Assembly (NCBI GenBank): GCA_040285825.1
Contig: JAUPSS010000001.1
Span: 3,658,001-3,722,000 of the forward strand
DNA: 64,000 nucleotides
From: Eukaryota sp. TZLM1-RC
Taxonomy: Eukaryota; Protista; Metamonada: BaSk clade
Direction: 5' to 3'
Below the pieces are notes generated by a model that was not told the DNA's origin, searched no databases, and worked only from the letters and a program-made list of their open reading frames with translations. The translations under genes were made by a program, and so were the position numbers. Positions 48,804-58,444 of this stretch are shown in pieces (position 1 is the first letter of the stretch; each line of letters opens with the position of its first letter).

Positions 48804-51800
48804 CTACTGCATATCATTATTATCAACAGGCGCATCTCTAATCACATCAAGACATTCTTCAACAGTTCCAGTCCTGATAGTAGAAACCTTATTCCGCAAA
48901 GAAATGACATAATGTTGATCGCCAACTTCAATCAATTCTGGTCTGAATGTCGTTGAAATCACTTGACATCCAGGAACTTCTTCTGACCCTATCGACATTT
49001 TCTGAATCATTTGAGCAACTGCAAATCTATGATTGTCATCCAAAGCGGCATCAAGCTCATCAAATAGATAAAAAGGTGCCATTTCAGTTCGCTGAATAGC
49101 AAAAATTAGGGAAAGTGCTACTACTGCCTTCTGTCCTCCACTCAGTTGCTCCATTAGAAAAACGTCTCCTTGGCCTGTAAAAGAGACCTTTACTGTTAGT
49201 CCAATTATTGCGTTATTAGTATCTTCAAGTGTCTCAATTCGTGCATTCCCATTTGGGACAATTTCAGAGAAAACTGCTGAAAAATGAGTCTTGACCGATT
49301 CAAACGTTTTCTTCAGACAATCGTCTTTTTGAGCGTCTAAGTGAATGATTAGATCGTTGATTGAATTCTCCCCATCAATTAATTCCTCCCTTTTGCCAAC
49401 CATTGTGTCGCGTTCAGAAGTAAACAGAATGAATTGTTCCAAAGCTTTTCTATTAACATGAGAATACTTCTTTAGTTGGACATTGACTTTGGTAAGTTCA
49501 CAATTTAGAGAATTAATTTCTAATTCATTAAGTTCATTGACCATATCCATATTGACTGCTCCGAGGTCTTTGAGTTTCTTTTGAGCTTCATCCCTTTTTT
49601 GAACGAATGTAGCTCTTTCTGTCAATAAACGAGTCATTTCTGACCCTTCCGACTCCAAAACGTTGCTGTATTCGGCAACTTGTGACGTGAGAGTTTCTTT
49701 TTGGTTTTCTAAATCAGTCAACTTTGATTTAGTTTCCGATTCTTCCTGACGAGTCTCGGAAAGTCTTGTCTCAATTTGACCCAGTCGTGCTATTATTGAT
49801 TCTAATTCAATTTCAATTTCTTTGATAGATAACGTATCAGTAATTGCTGAATTTAAACCAATTAATTGTGCTTCCAAGTCAGTTTTTAAAAGATACAAAT
49901 TAGAATTTAAAAGAGAAGTTAGCGAATTAGACTTGCTCTCAAATTTTGATTTTTTAGTCGTTGCCTGTCCAATCAATCGTTCGAGCTCTTTTGATCTCTT
50001 CTTGAAAATTTCAAGTTGTCCTTCTTCTTCACTGGAAAGGTGACTTAAAGGCGTACCCAGCTCATTAGTATAAGAGTCAATTTCGCGATGTAAAGATGTC
50101 AGACTACTCGAAATTTTCGAAACAGCGGCCAACTGAGCTTCTTTCATATCTGACAAGTGGTCAACTTGAGCTCTTAATGATCCCTTTTCCGAAAATAAAG
50201 TTTCCATATTGCTCTTGATTGTCGATTTTTGATGCTCAAAAGCTGCTGCTGATGACGACACCCTATCTAACTTGACTTCTACAGACTTTAGATCATTTCT
50301 GACCTTTTCAAGTCCATTTTTGAGCTCCTGGTTACGTGATATATGCTCATTTAACCTATAATAAATGCTCAGTCTACTAGGTCGAGATCCTAAATGTCCT
50401 CCAGTAAGTGGTCCTTTTCGAGCAACCAAATCACCTTCAATAGTCACACAGTCAATTCTGTGCTCTGTTGAAAGCGAAACGGCAAGTTCTATATCTCTAC
50501 AAAGTAACGATCTACCAAAGATCTGATCAAAAACTTGTTTGAATCGCGAAGAATCATAGTCGAATCTTGACAATAACGGGAAGTAGTCTTCTGAAGTCAA
50601 ACTAACCGGTTCTTTTGGATTAAGATTGTTTAAAGGGATGAAGGTCAGTCTGCCTGAATTTTGACCTTTGAGCAGAGAAATACATTGACTTGCCACATCA
50701 GCATCAGCAACTACCACGTGGAATAATTGATTCTTGGCGACTGCTTCGACAGCTGGGAAGAAAGCGGGATCCACTCTGAACAGATCAATAACTGGACCAA
50801 AAAACCCTGAAATTTGACCATTTCTAGATGCATCGGTCAAAATATCAAGACTTTTTGAGACCCCTTTTGGCATTTGATGGCCTAATTCTCTTTTTTCTTT
50901 ATTAATTAAATTGGTTACAGTTTCAATTTCAGTCAAAATGGTGCCTTCCTGGCGATGATAATCCTTAACTTGAGAGATTAAATTTGTTTTTTCTTGGTAG
51001 TGATTTGAGTTATTATTTGAAAGTTCAGCAAGTTGACGTTTTTGATCCTCAATTTTGACCTCAATTTGATTGATTTGACCTTCAAAATTATCGATGCTCT
51101 CTGTTAAACCAGCGATTTCTTTTTCATGGTTACTTTTTTTCTTTTTCAATTCATTGGCGTTTTCAGAAAGTTTCTGCAATTGTTCTGTTAGCCAATTGTC
51201 ACGGTGCTTTTTGCTTTTGAATTGAGACTTTCTTCCAGATTTGGCAATCAAATCATCGATTTTTGCTTGATTGACTTGTTTCTGTTCAATCAAATCACGT
51301 TCTGCATTGCTGGCAGCTTCCAATTGTGGTCTGATCACATCATCAAGTTCATTCTGATTGATTGCAATTTCATTATTGACCCTTTCCAGCTCTGACTCGA
51401 TTCTTTGCTTTTCTGACTGTCGACTGGCAATCAATGACGTGTTTTGATCGACATCTAACTGCAACTGTGCTTTCTTCCTCACCAATTCATTCTTATCATC
51501 TTCCAAATCCTTGATTAATTGCTCAAAACCTCTTAATTTGTTATTATTGCTAACTAAATCTTGCTCCACCACCCTCAACTGTTCCCCCAAATCAACTCCT
51601 TTTCTACTTGCTTCACTTACCTTGGCAGCTTCCTTACGTCTTGCCACGTCATTAGAGTCAAGAGAAGCCCGAAGACCAGATAATGTTTTTGATAAGAGAG
51701 CGAATTCAAGGGCTTTACGCTGCTTGTCTAGTTGTGTAAATTCATCCAATTCGCTCTTTTCAGATGATAATTCTTCTAGTCGTTCTTCGACACGTGATAG

Positions 51801-52373
51801 TGACTCATCAATTCTGGTCCGTGAGATTCTTGTTGACTCTAGAATTTTGACCGATTCTTCTCTTCGTTGGTCATAGGAGGCACTACCAGCAACTTCGTGG
51901 AGAACTTTGAGCCTCCCGGCATCCGACATTGTGGCTAGAGCTTCTACTTTCCCCTGCTGGACAATGTAATATGGATGTGAACGGGAGAACCCGGCAGCTT
52001 CAAGGAGAGCGAATACGTCGTTGCGGGTGGTGGTTTTACGGGCAAGAGAGTATTCATCCTTTTTGACACCAATGGTGCGACGGATGATGACCTCATCAGA
52101 GTCAACGGGGATACGTCCAGAAGAGTTGTCAAAGACAATCTCGACGTAAGCCGAGAGAACGGAACCAGCGCCTTCGTGGAGGAGACGTTGACGTTCTTCT
52201 GTTGAGAGATGTGTGAAGTGATCAGATAGTACGAAGCGGATTGCAAAGAAGAAGTTGGACTTACCTGAACCATTGGAACCAACAATGATGTTGTGTCGTG
52301 GACTGAAAGGGTCCACAATGGTCTGGTCCCGGAAGGATTTGAACCCGCTGATGATTATCTGCTTGATGTACAT
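48804..52373 (-). CDS. SMC3: Cohesin subunit SMC3
   Basis: MYIKQIIISGFKSFRDQT, Walker A GSNGSGKSN, EAAGFSRSHPYYIVQQG, hinge, LSGGQ, PFYLFDELD; intronless. Confidence 0.97.
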   Translation of the reverse strand: MYIKQIIISGFKSFRDQTIVDPFSPRHNIIVGSNGSGKSNFFFAIRFVLSDHFTHLSTEERQRLLHEGAGSVLSAYVEIVFDNSSGRIPVDSDEVIIRRTIGVKKDEYSLARKTTTRNDVFALLEAAGFSRSHPYYIVQQGKVEALATMSDAGRLKVLHEVAGSASYDQRREESVKILESTRISRTRIDESLSRVEERLEELSSEKSELDEFTQLDKQRKALEFALLSKTLSGLRASLDSNDVARRKEAAKVSEASRKGVDLGEQLRVVEQDLVSNNNKLRGFEQLIKDLEDDKNELVRKKAQLQLDVDQNTSLIASRQSEKQRIESELERVNNEIAINQNELDDVIRPQLEAASNAERDLIEQKQVNQAKIDDLIAKSGRKSQFKSKKHRDNWLTEQLQKLSENANELKKKKSNHEKEIAGLTESIDNFEGQINQIEVKIEDQKRQLAELSNNNSNHYQEKTNLISQVKDYHRQEGTILTEIETVTNLINKEKRELGHQMPKGVSKSLDILTDASRNGQISGFFGPVIDLFRVDPAFFPAVEAVAKNQLFHVVVADADVASQCISLLKGQNSGRLTFIPLNNLNPKEPVSLTSEDYFPLLSRFDYDSSRFKQVFDQIFGRSLLCRDIELAVSLSTEHRIDCVTIEGDLVARKGPLTGGHLGSRPSRLSIYYRLNEHISRNQELKNGLEKVRNDLKSVEVKLDRVSSSAAAFEHQKSTIKSNMETLFSEKGSLRAQVDHLSDMKEAQLAAVSKISSSLTSLHREIDSYTNELGTPLSHLSSEEEGQLEIFKKRSKELERLIGQATTKKSKFESKSNSLTSLLNSNLYLLKTDLEAQLIGLNSAITDTLSIKEIEIELESIIARLGQIETRLSETRQEESETKSKLTDLENQKETLTSQVAEYSNVLESEGSEMTRLLTERATFVQKRDEAQKKLKDLGAVNMDMVNELNELEINSLNCELTKVNVQLKKYSHVNRKALEQFILFTSERDTMVGKREELIDGENSINDLIIHLDAQKDDCLKKTFESVKTHFSAVFSEIVPNGNARIETLEDTNNAIIGLTVKVSFTGQGDVFLMEQLSGGQKAVVALSLIFAIQRTEMAPFYLFDELDAALDDNHRFAVAQMIQKMSIGSEEVPGCQVISTTFRPELIEVGDQHYVISLRNKVSTIRTGTVEECLDVIRDAPVDNNDMQ

Positions 52374-53087
52374 CTTGCAGAAGAGAAGGCAAAAAGTGGT
52401 TTGCTCCAGATGTTCTCCTTAAATCAATGTCTCCTGCACTCTCCTCCTTTGCTCTTATTCGCTGGATCACCAGTTGATGGTGTTTAACTGAATGTATTGT
52501 TGCATATGAATGCCGCTCTTATCTTGTTGTTATTGTTTGCTCTTTCAATGGCTTCTTAACAAAAAATTGGGTGTACTTTGTGACAAGCACAGAGCCTTGC
52601 CCATCCCTGTCTTTTACACAAGATTTGGAAGACAGTGAAGATACGATCTGCTATTTTTCCAGATTAACCTGTAAAATTGATCATACATTGGTACATTGGT
52701 ATATTACGATAATCATAAACTATTATATCAATAGTTACTTTTTCGTTGTAACAAGAGCTATTAGATCATTGAAGATTCCTGTGAGACAGTGTTTCAACAA
52801 ACCAGACTGGGGATTACTTGTTCAATAAAGCGGCTGCATACCTCGTGTACTCAATTCCTGCCGAGTAGACAACTGATATATTAATATATGGAGTGAATTT
52901 TTTCATAACTTTTATTGAACTTTAATAAATATATTCATGATACAGATTTCAAAACAACCAAAACAATAAAATAATTCAAAATAAATAAGAAAACAAAAAA
53001 TAACAAAAAAAAATAAGCAAAAGATTAAAATGGAAAGAAAAATTTAAATAATAAATTCATGAAAAACAATTAATATACACAAAAACC

Positions 53088-53996
53088 TCACGGACTATTC
53101 ACAAATCTCACCAAATCTTCCCCAGCGTCCATCACGTCATCAAGCTCAGAATTATCTTGACTTCCCGAGACATTGATGAGCTCATCACGTCTCTTTTTGA
53201 GCTCCTCCCAAGCTGAGGCAAATGCAGCAAGCTTTTCCTGCATTAAATTACCTTCTACTTCTTGGTCTTGTTCATTCTCGAGACTTACCTTGACTGTTTT
53301 AGGCGATTCCGGGGGTGGTGAAGTCAGATCTAGTGAAATCACAGGGTATTTTGAACCCCTTTTTTGAACTACCTGCTGTTCAGGGGTACCATGTTTCCGT
53401 TTTCGTTGATCACTAGTCAGATCTACCACAACATCCCTACGTTTAGATTTAGGATTAGGGTTAGGGTTACGTCTCCTTCCCCTCTCTCGCCTTCTTCCTC
53501 GTTGTGAGGAAGATTTAGACTTTGTGGGGGTGGATAGATCAAGGGAGATCTTATTGGTTGGACCATTCAGAGACTTTGAAACAGGGGCTCTGGGGGTTGA
53601 GGAAGGTGGTGGACGAGAAGCAGCAGAGGGTAGATCTGACGGGGATGGTGGTGACGGCTCTGGAGGGGGATCATGGGTGGACAACAGGGTTTTGAGTGAA
53701 GATGACTGGTCTAGTTCATTTTCAGAATCCAACTCTAACTTAAACCCAAAGCGTTGTCGACCTGATTGTAACGTGGCTTCAGAAACGGTATCTGGGGAGG
53801 ATGGAGGTGATGTGATCGGCGGAGGAGGTTCAAGAGCAGTAGGTGAGGGAGGATTAGATGTTGGTAATGGTACAGGTGGTTCTTCAGATGAAGGTGGGTC
53901 ACTGAGTTCATTAGAGATAAGTTCTGGGGTGACTTCAACAGCAACGGAATATGTTAATGTTACTTTTCGCTTACACGAAAAGCACAAAAACCCCAT
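53088..53996 (-). CDS. Unknown Pro/Ser-rich protein with basic patch and C-terminal helix
   Basis: 302-aa ATG-initiated ORF, relatively GC-rich, T-rich 3' flank; N-terminal MGxxCxxC could be lipidated. Confidence 0.75.
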   Translation of the reverse strand: MGFLCFSCKRKVTLTYSVAVEVTPELISNELSDPPSSEEPPVPLPTSNPPSPTALEPPPPITSPPSSPDTVSEATLQSGRQRFGFKLELDSENELDQSSSLKTLLSTHDPPPEPSPPSPSDLPSAASRPPPSSTPRAPVSKSLNGPTNKISLDLSTPTKSKSSSQRGRRRERGRRRNPNPNPKSKRRDVVVDLTSDQRKRKHGTPEQQVVQKRGSKYPVISLDLTSPPPESPKTVKVSLENEQDQEVEGNLMQEKLAAFASAWEELKKRRDELINVSGSQDNSELDDVMDAGEDLVRFVNSP

Positions 53997-54879
53997 TGGT
54001 GACGAGTTAAATGGAATGGAACAATAGGTGGTAATTGATCAAATTCAAACTAAACCTTTTGAAAAAATATCAATTTCAAAAATTTAGTTTGAAGAAGGCT
54101 AATGCTTATAGAAATTTACCACTTGTCTTGCCCACTGTCATTTTTCCTGAGACTATCAGTAGAAACAGCAATTTTTTGAATGGTTTCCGAAACATAGGTT
54201 TATGAAACTACTATGAAGACAATTGAAGTATTTCAAAGGTGAGTTTTTGGATAAGACAGTGAGACTGTGTCTAAATGAACAGATCTTTGATTACATTTGC
54301 TCATCCATGATGTAGCAGTACCCTAGTTTTTCAATTTAAATCAATCAATAGTATCTGAGAACTATTATCACTGAAAAGCTTGTGTCAGTTGAGTCTGTCC
54401 TTCTTCATTCTTCACACTCCTAGGTTGCTATGAGACAAGGTCGAGTCCAATCTGGCTAGCCCGGGGCTTTAAAGCTTCTATTAGATAATTTATGTCATAT
54501 TTATCCTACATCTGAAACTTTAATAAAAAATATATACTGGATATCTATTTGAATTATATCCTCACATAATTTTATTAGTATTGGTTCAGAGTGGGTCAGG
54601 ACAAGATGATTTTATTTAAAGCTATTGTACAACAAGAGAAAAAGAAGAAGATACAAGAATTCTGAAGAAGGTATTCACCATTGTTTGAAATTTCAACCAC
54701 TAAGTACCACCTGGTGCACTGAGTGTTCCGCCGGTTGAAATTATTGAACCACGAGGGTGATTTCAAACACTGATACTCACTAGTGAAATACCTACACTGA
54801 TGGAAAAACACTTCTCAGCTCTTTGTTTTCCACCTATACACGGGCAGATAATAAAAAAATCAAGAAGTTGATGAATAGT

Positions 54880-56637
54880 CTACTCAATATGTTTACAATA
54901 CAATTTCTTTTTGAGATCACTTATAGCAGCATTTGCTGCCTTCTTTCTGAGAATCAGTTGTTCCCTATAACATTGTGACTTTGTAAAACCAACACTAGAC
55001 CTAAACCATGCAAAAAATACAAACGCCATGGGAACCCAAAACATAGGATGGAGTAGTATGTTGTGGTACATGGGAGCTTTATGGAGATCCTCATCAGCAT
55101 CAAAGAAGGCACCACATGGATGCTTGAACGACACAAATAAGGAGAGAACAAAGCCGCAAAAAACCATTAACTTCATCAAATAAAGAGAGAAAACAAACCT
55201 GTCTTCTTCAGTACGAAGAGTATTCTTTGGAGGTTTCAAAAACTTCTTCATGAACCACTTGACATACTTGGCATTGATGTACGCAAGGAAAAACGATATT
55301 ATTGGCGTAAATGGACTAAAAGGGAGAGACAGAATGGTCAGAACATAGTGATACATGAGCTTGAGTGCATAATCTTGATAATTAAATTCAGGACGCATTT
55401 GGACTTTCTCCTCAAAAGACTTTCCCTTATAGGCACCTCTGATAAATTTAAGCAAGTTGAGTGCCAATCTAAGAGAAAGAGGAATAACAATATCTAAAAC
55501 AAATGCCACAAACATTATATTCTGAATATTTTTGCCAGCTAAATTGAGAGGACAACGTATGACTTCTGCATCAGACGTAATGAAAACAAAGCCAACATCA
55601 AATACTATCGGCGAAAGTGAGAGCATCCTAAAGCCAAACAATAGTGTTAAACGAGTAGCAGAACGTTTTGCAGGATCAAGTTCACATTGAAGTGCAACAA
55701 TCCAATCGCTTATTTTGGGACTTGCCAAATTAACCAGTGCAATCAATGATGAAACAAAGAGTGAAACACCCATTTCAATCCATCCATCCTCGTCAGATTC
55801 TTGGGGCTCGTACTGAAACAGGAAGATGACGATGCCTGCAATGATGAGTGCCCAAACCAGGAACACCAGAATTCCACAGAATCGCTTGAACTTAACCCAA
55901 CCAGAAGCACCTTTCTTCTTTTCTTTGAGTTCTTGAGTACGGACATCCTCTTCGGTGAGTGCAATTTTAAGGTTTTCATTCATGAGATTCCTTTCATGGT
56001 CAACTTGGTCTTCAGAGTGTTGATTCCAGTTCCAGGAATAGATTAGATTCATGAAGGTTGGAGTATCAATCGTTTGACTTTCTTTGGCAGCATTGTGGCG
56101 GTACATCAAACGACTAGAGAATACAATGAACATTCCAACGAAAATAATGACAATAAAGTAACCAAATGTGATGAAAACAGCCCAATGATCTCTTAAATCA
56201 GGAGACAATGTTGAGGGCAGGAAGAATCCAGGGTAGAGGCCATCGAGGAAGACTAAGGCTGATTGATCATTTTCCCATAATTCCTTGATATGACGATAAA
56301 GTAGTGATCCCGAAAACAATCCAAGCAAGAAAATTGCACCAAGTACAGATCGGGTGAGCGAAAAGTAATAAGCGCATGAAGAACCGAAAACACGTTCAAT
56401 CTCAACAACTGTTCGCTTCAGAGGGAGAAAAGCCCATGATAACATACTGGTGAACACCTCGATTCTGGAAGAGAACTTAACCGGTTTGAGATCACTGTCT
56501 TCGAGATCTTCATATTTGTTTGTTTCTATTGTCTTCGATGGTACAGGATGGTCATAAGATTGGTTGACGTCAGAATCAAAGTGTTCTACTACAGAATCCT
56601 CATGTGGGGGAACCTGCCCAGGTAAGTCATCATTCAT
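54880..56637 (-). CDS. TMC (transmembrane channel-like) protein
   Basis: IERVFGSSCAYYF, 'YSWNW', PEFNYQ..ALKLMY, PFSPFTP, PCGAF; multiple TMs. Confidence 0.85.
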   Translation of the reverse strand: MNDDLPGQVPPHEDSVVEHFDSDVNQSYDHPVPSKTIETNKYEDLEDSDLKPVKFSSRIEVFTSMLSWAFLPLKRTVVEIERVFGSSCAYYFSLTRSVLGAIFLLGLFSGSLLYRHIKELWENDQSALVFLDGLYPGFFLPSTLSPDLRDHWAVFITFGYFIVIIFVGMFIVFSSRLMYRHNAAKESQTIDTPTFMNLIYSWNWNQHSEDQVDHERNLMNENLKIALTEEDVRTQELKEKKKGASGWVKFKRFCGILVFLVWALIIAGIVIFLFQYEPQESDEDGWIEMGVSLFVSSLIALVNLASPKISDWIVALQCELDPAKRSATRLTLLFGFRMLSLSPIVFDVGFVFITSDAEVIRCPLNLAGKNIQNIMFVAFVLDIVIPLSLRLALNLLKFIRGAYKGKSFEEKVQMRPEFNYQDYALKLMYHYVLTILSLPFSPFTPIISFFLAYINAKYVKWFMKKFLKPPKNTLRTEEDRFVFSLYLMKLMVFCGFVLSLFVSFKHPCGAFFDADEDLHKAPMYHNILLHPMFWVPMAFVFFAWFRSSVGFTKSQCYREQLILRKKAANAAISDLKKKLYCKHIE

Positions 56638-57085
56638 TCAATTTATTAAAAATCAGAGTTCGGAATTTTTCCATCTTGGCAGCATGCAGTGGTGAGTGTT
56701 TCATGGTTATCCACCACATGGCAAAATTGAAACCACATCGTGGTGTGTTTCTCAGTTTATGAATAACTATAACCTCATGACATGTTTTTCTTGATTGTTC
56801 TCTATAAATGGACATTTTTTTGGTTGTTTTCTAGAATACGCCGAACTACGGAATGACAGTTGGGATATCAGAATAATGAGTTGAATTTGTAAATTAAAAA
56901 GCTTTTCTAGTGCCACTTTGAAAAAAAATCTTGAAGCACATCTTGAAGATCGTTCCTCATCAATATCTTACTAGAAATGAATTTCTGAGTCAACAAAGAT
57001 CATTCAAGATTTCCTCATCAACTGCAACTTCTGCCTCTGCAACTTCCTCTTCTGCTATTTTTTCCATCATCTGCACTATTTCTTT

Positions 57086-58177
57086 TGTTGTTATTGATAA
57101 ACTAGGCTGGTAGACAGATGAGGAATTCACGTGATGACGTGGCACTTGTTCAAGAACAAGTATCTTTATTAATAAAGTTCTCTTTTCTTCTTTTCATCTT
57201 TGGTATTTCTGTCTATCGTCTTCAATAATTATTGGCCATCATTGCAGATGTTATCTACATACGTACTACTTCCGTCCCTTGCTTCCATGGAAGTGGATGA
57301 CGTTGTGTTGTTCCTACAACAGTGAAAGGTGTAATTTTTTGTTACACCGAAGAAGGACCTTGTTCCAGCAAGGCTGCTCGTTGACCCCTTCTTGTTAGAG
57401 CCATTGGTTTTCATAAGAGCTGGGGTTGATTCATCCGATGTTGTTTTTCTGGATCATTTAAGATCTTCCACCTTGTTTTCTTCGTACAAGGAATTCAACT
57501 TGGTGATGTTTGAGTTAAAGGTTGATGTCCGTAAGGACGACATCCGTGAAAATATGTTTTGCTACCAGAGACGTTTTCTTCAGGCGAAAAGCAGGGTTTC
57601 CACACTAAAAATGCCTAACTCAGTCTTCATAATCAAATTTGCTTAGGGTATTCCTCCAATAAGATTGAAAAAATCTCTAATTTCGAATTCGGGACGAGGT
57701 ATTCCCCAATTTTCCTACCATGGTAAATACCGCAAAGGCTGAACTACTTTATCGTACGCGAATAACTTCTTGAAACAGGTCTTCAAAGACTGTTTCTGAA
57801 AATACTGACTCTGTGCGTCAAGTTCATATGAAGTCTCGTTCATCCCATAGATCTCGCAATCTGACTGACGGGACATGCTTCAAATGTCATCAAAAAGGCC
57901 ATCTAGCTCGTGATTACTCCTCTAAAGTTAAGCACGAAGTAAATCATCTCCATCACGTTCCACAGTAGCTCACTAATCCTCTATCTTCATTATGCTAAAT
58001 GGTTCACGAAACTGTTGAAAGAAAATGAGAAGAAGTAGTGTTGTTACTGTTAAACTACGCTGGTAGACAGATGAGCAATTCACATGATGACGTGGCAGTT
58101 GTTCAAGAACAAGTTTGTTTATTAATAAAGCTCTGTTTTCTTCTTTTTATCTTTGGTATTTCTGCCTAACGCCATCA
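57086..58177 (+). mobile_element. Miniature LTR element C (139-bp LTRs), decayed gag with Zn knuckle, no pol
   Basis: LTRs 57086-57224 and 58039-58177; PPT GAAAGAAAATGAGAAGAAGTAG before 58039; CA|ATAATTATTGGCC; gag frame from ATG 57248; CFKCHQKGHLARDY knuckle from 57876. Confidence 0.92.
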
Positions 58178-58444
58178 TTTCAGCGTTTATCATGCCTAAA
58201 GTTAAAGAATATTGATAAAATGATTGTAAATGGGGTAAAGTCTACCAATTTTGCCCTTATTTTATTAAGACGAACGACGGCACCATTCATCCAATTGGGG
58301 TATTCTTTAAAATTGATGAAGTAATTTTTTATTAGTTTCAAGTTGCAAACGATGAACACCATACTTCAGTAACTGGTCATTCTATTTCACCATTGTTTCA
58401 CTATTAGACCAAAATTTTTGTTTGTGCAGTATTCCAAATTTTAA

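Noticed and set aside
52427-52828. Frame divergent from SMC3 with a single in-frame TGA (possible selenocysteine or readthrough)
   Set aside because: No recognisable selenoprotein motif or SECIS. A signal-peptide-like MNAALILLLLFALSMAS in another frame suggests a frameshifted pseudogene.
53524-54027. Antisense ORFs over real genes (e.g. 53524-54027, 26729-27106, 51511-51876, 8956-9234)
   Set aside because: Shadow frames explained by codon bias of the sense genes.
54590-54870. Possible gypsy pol fragment (VPPGALSVPPVEI)
   Set aside because: Only a few residues of resemblance amid many stops.
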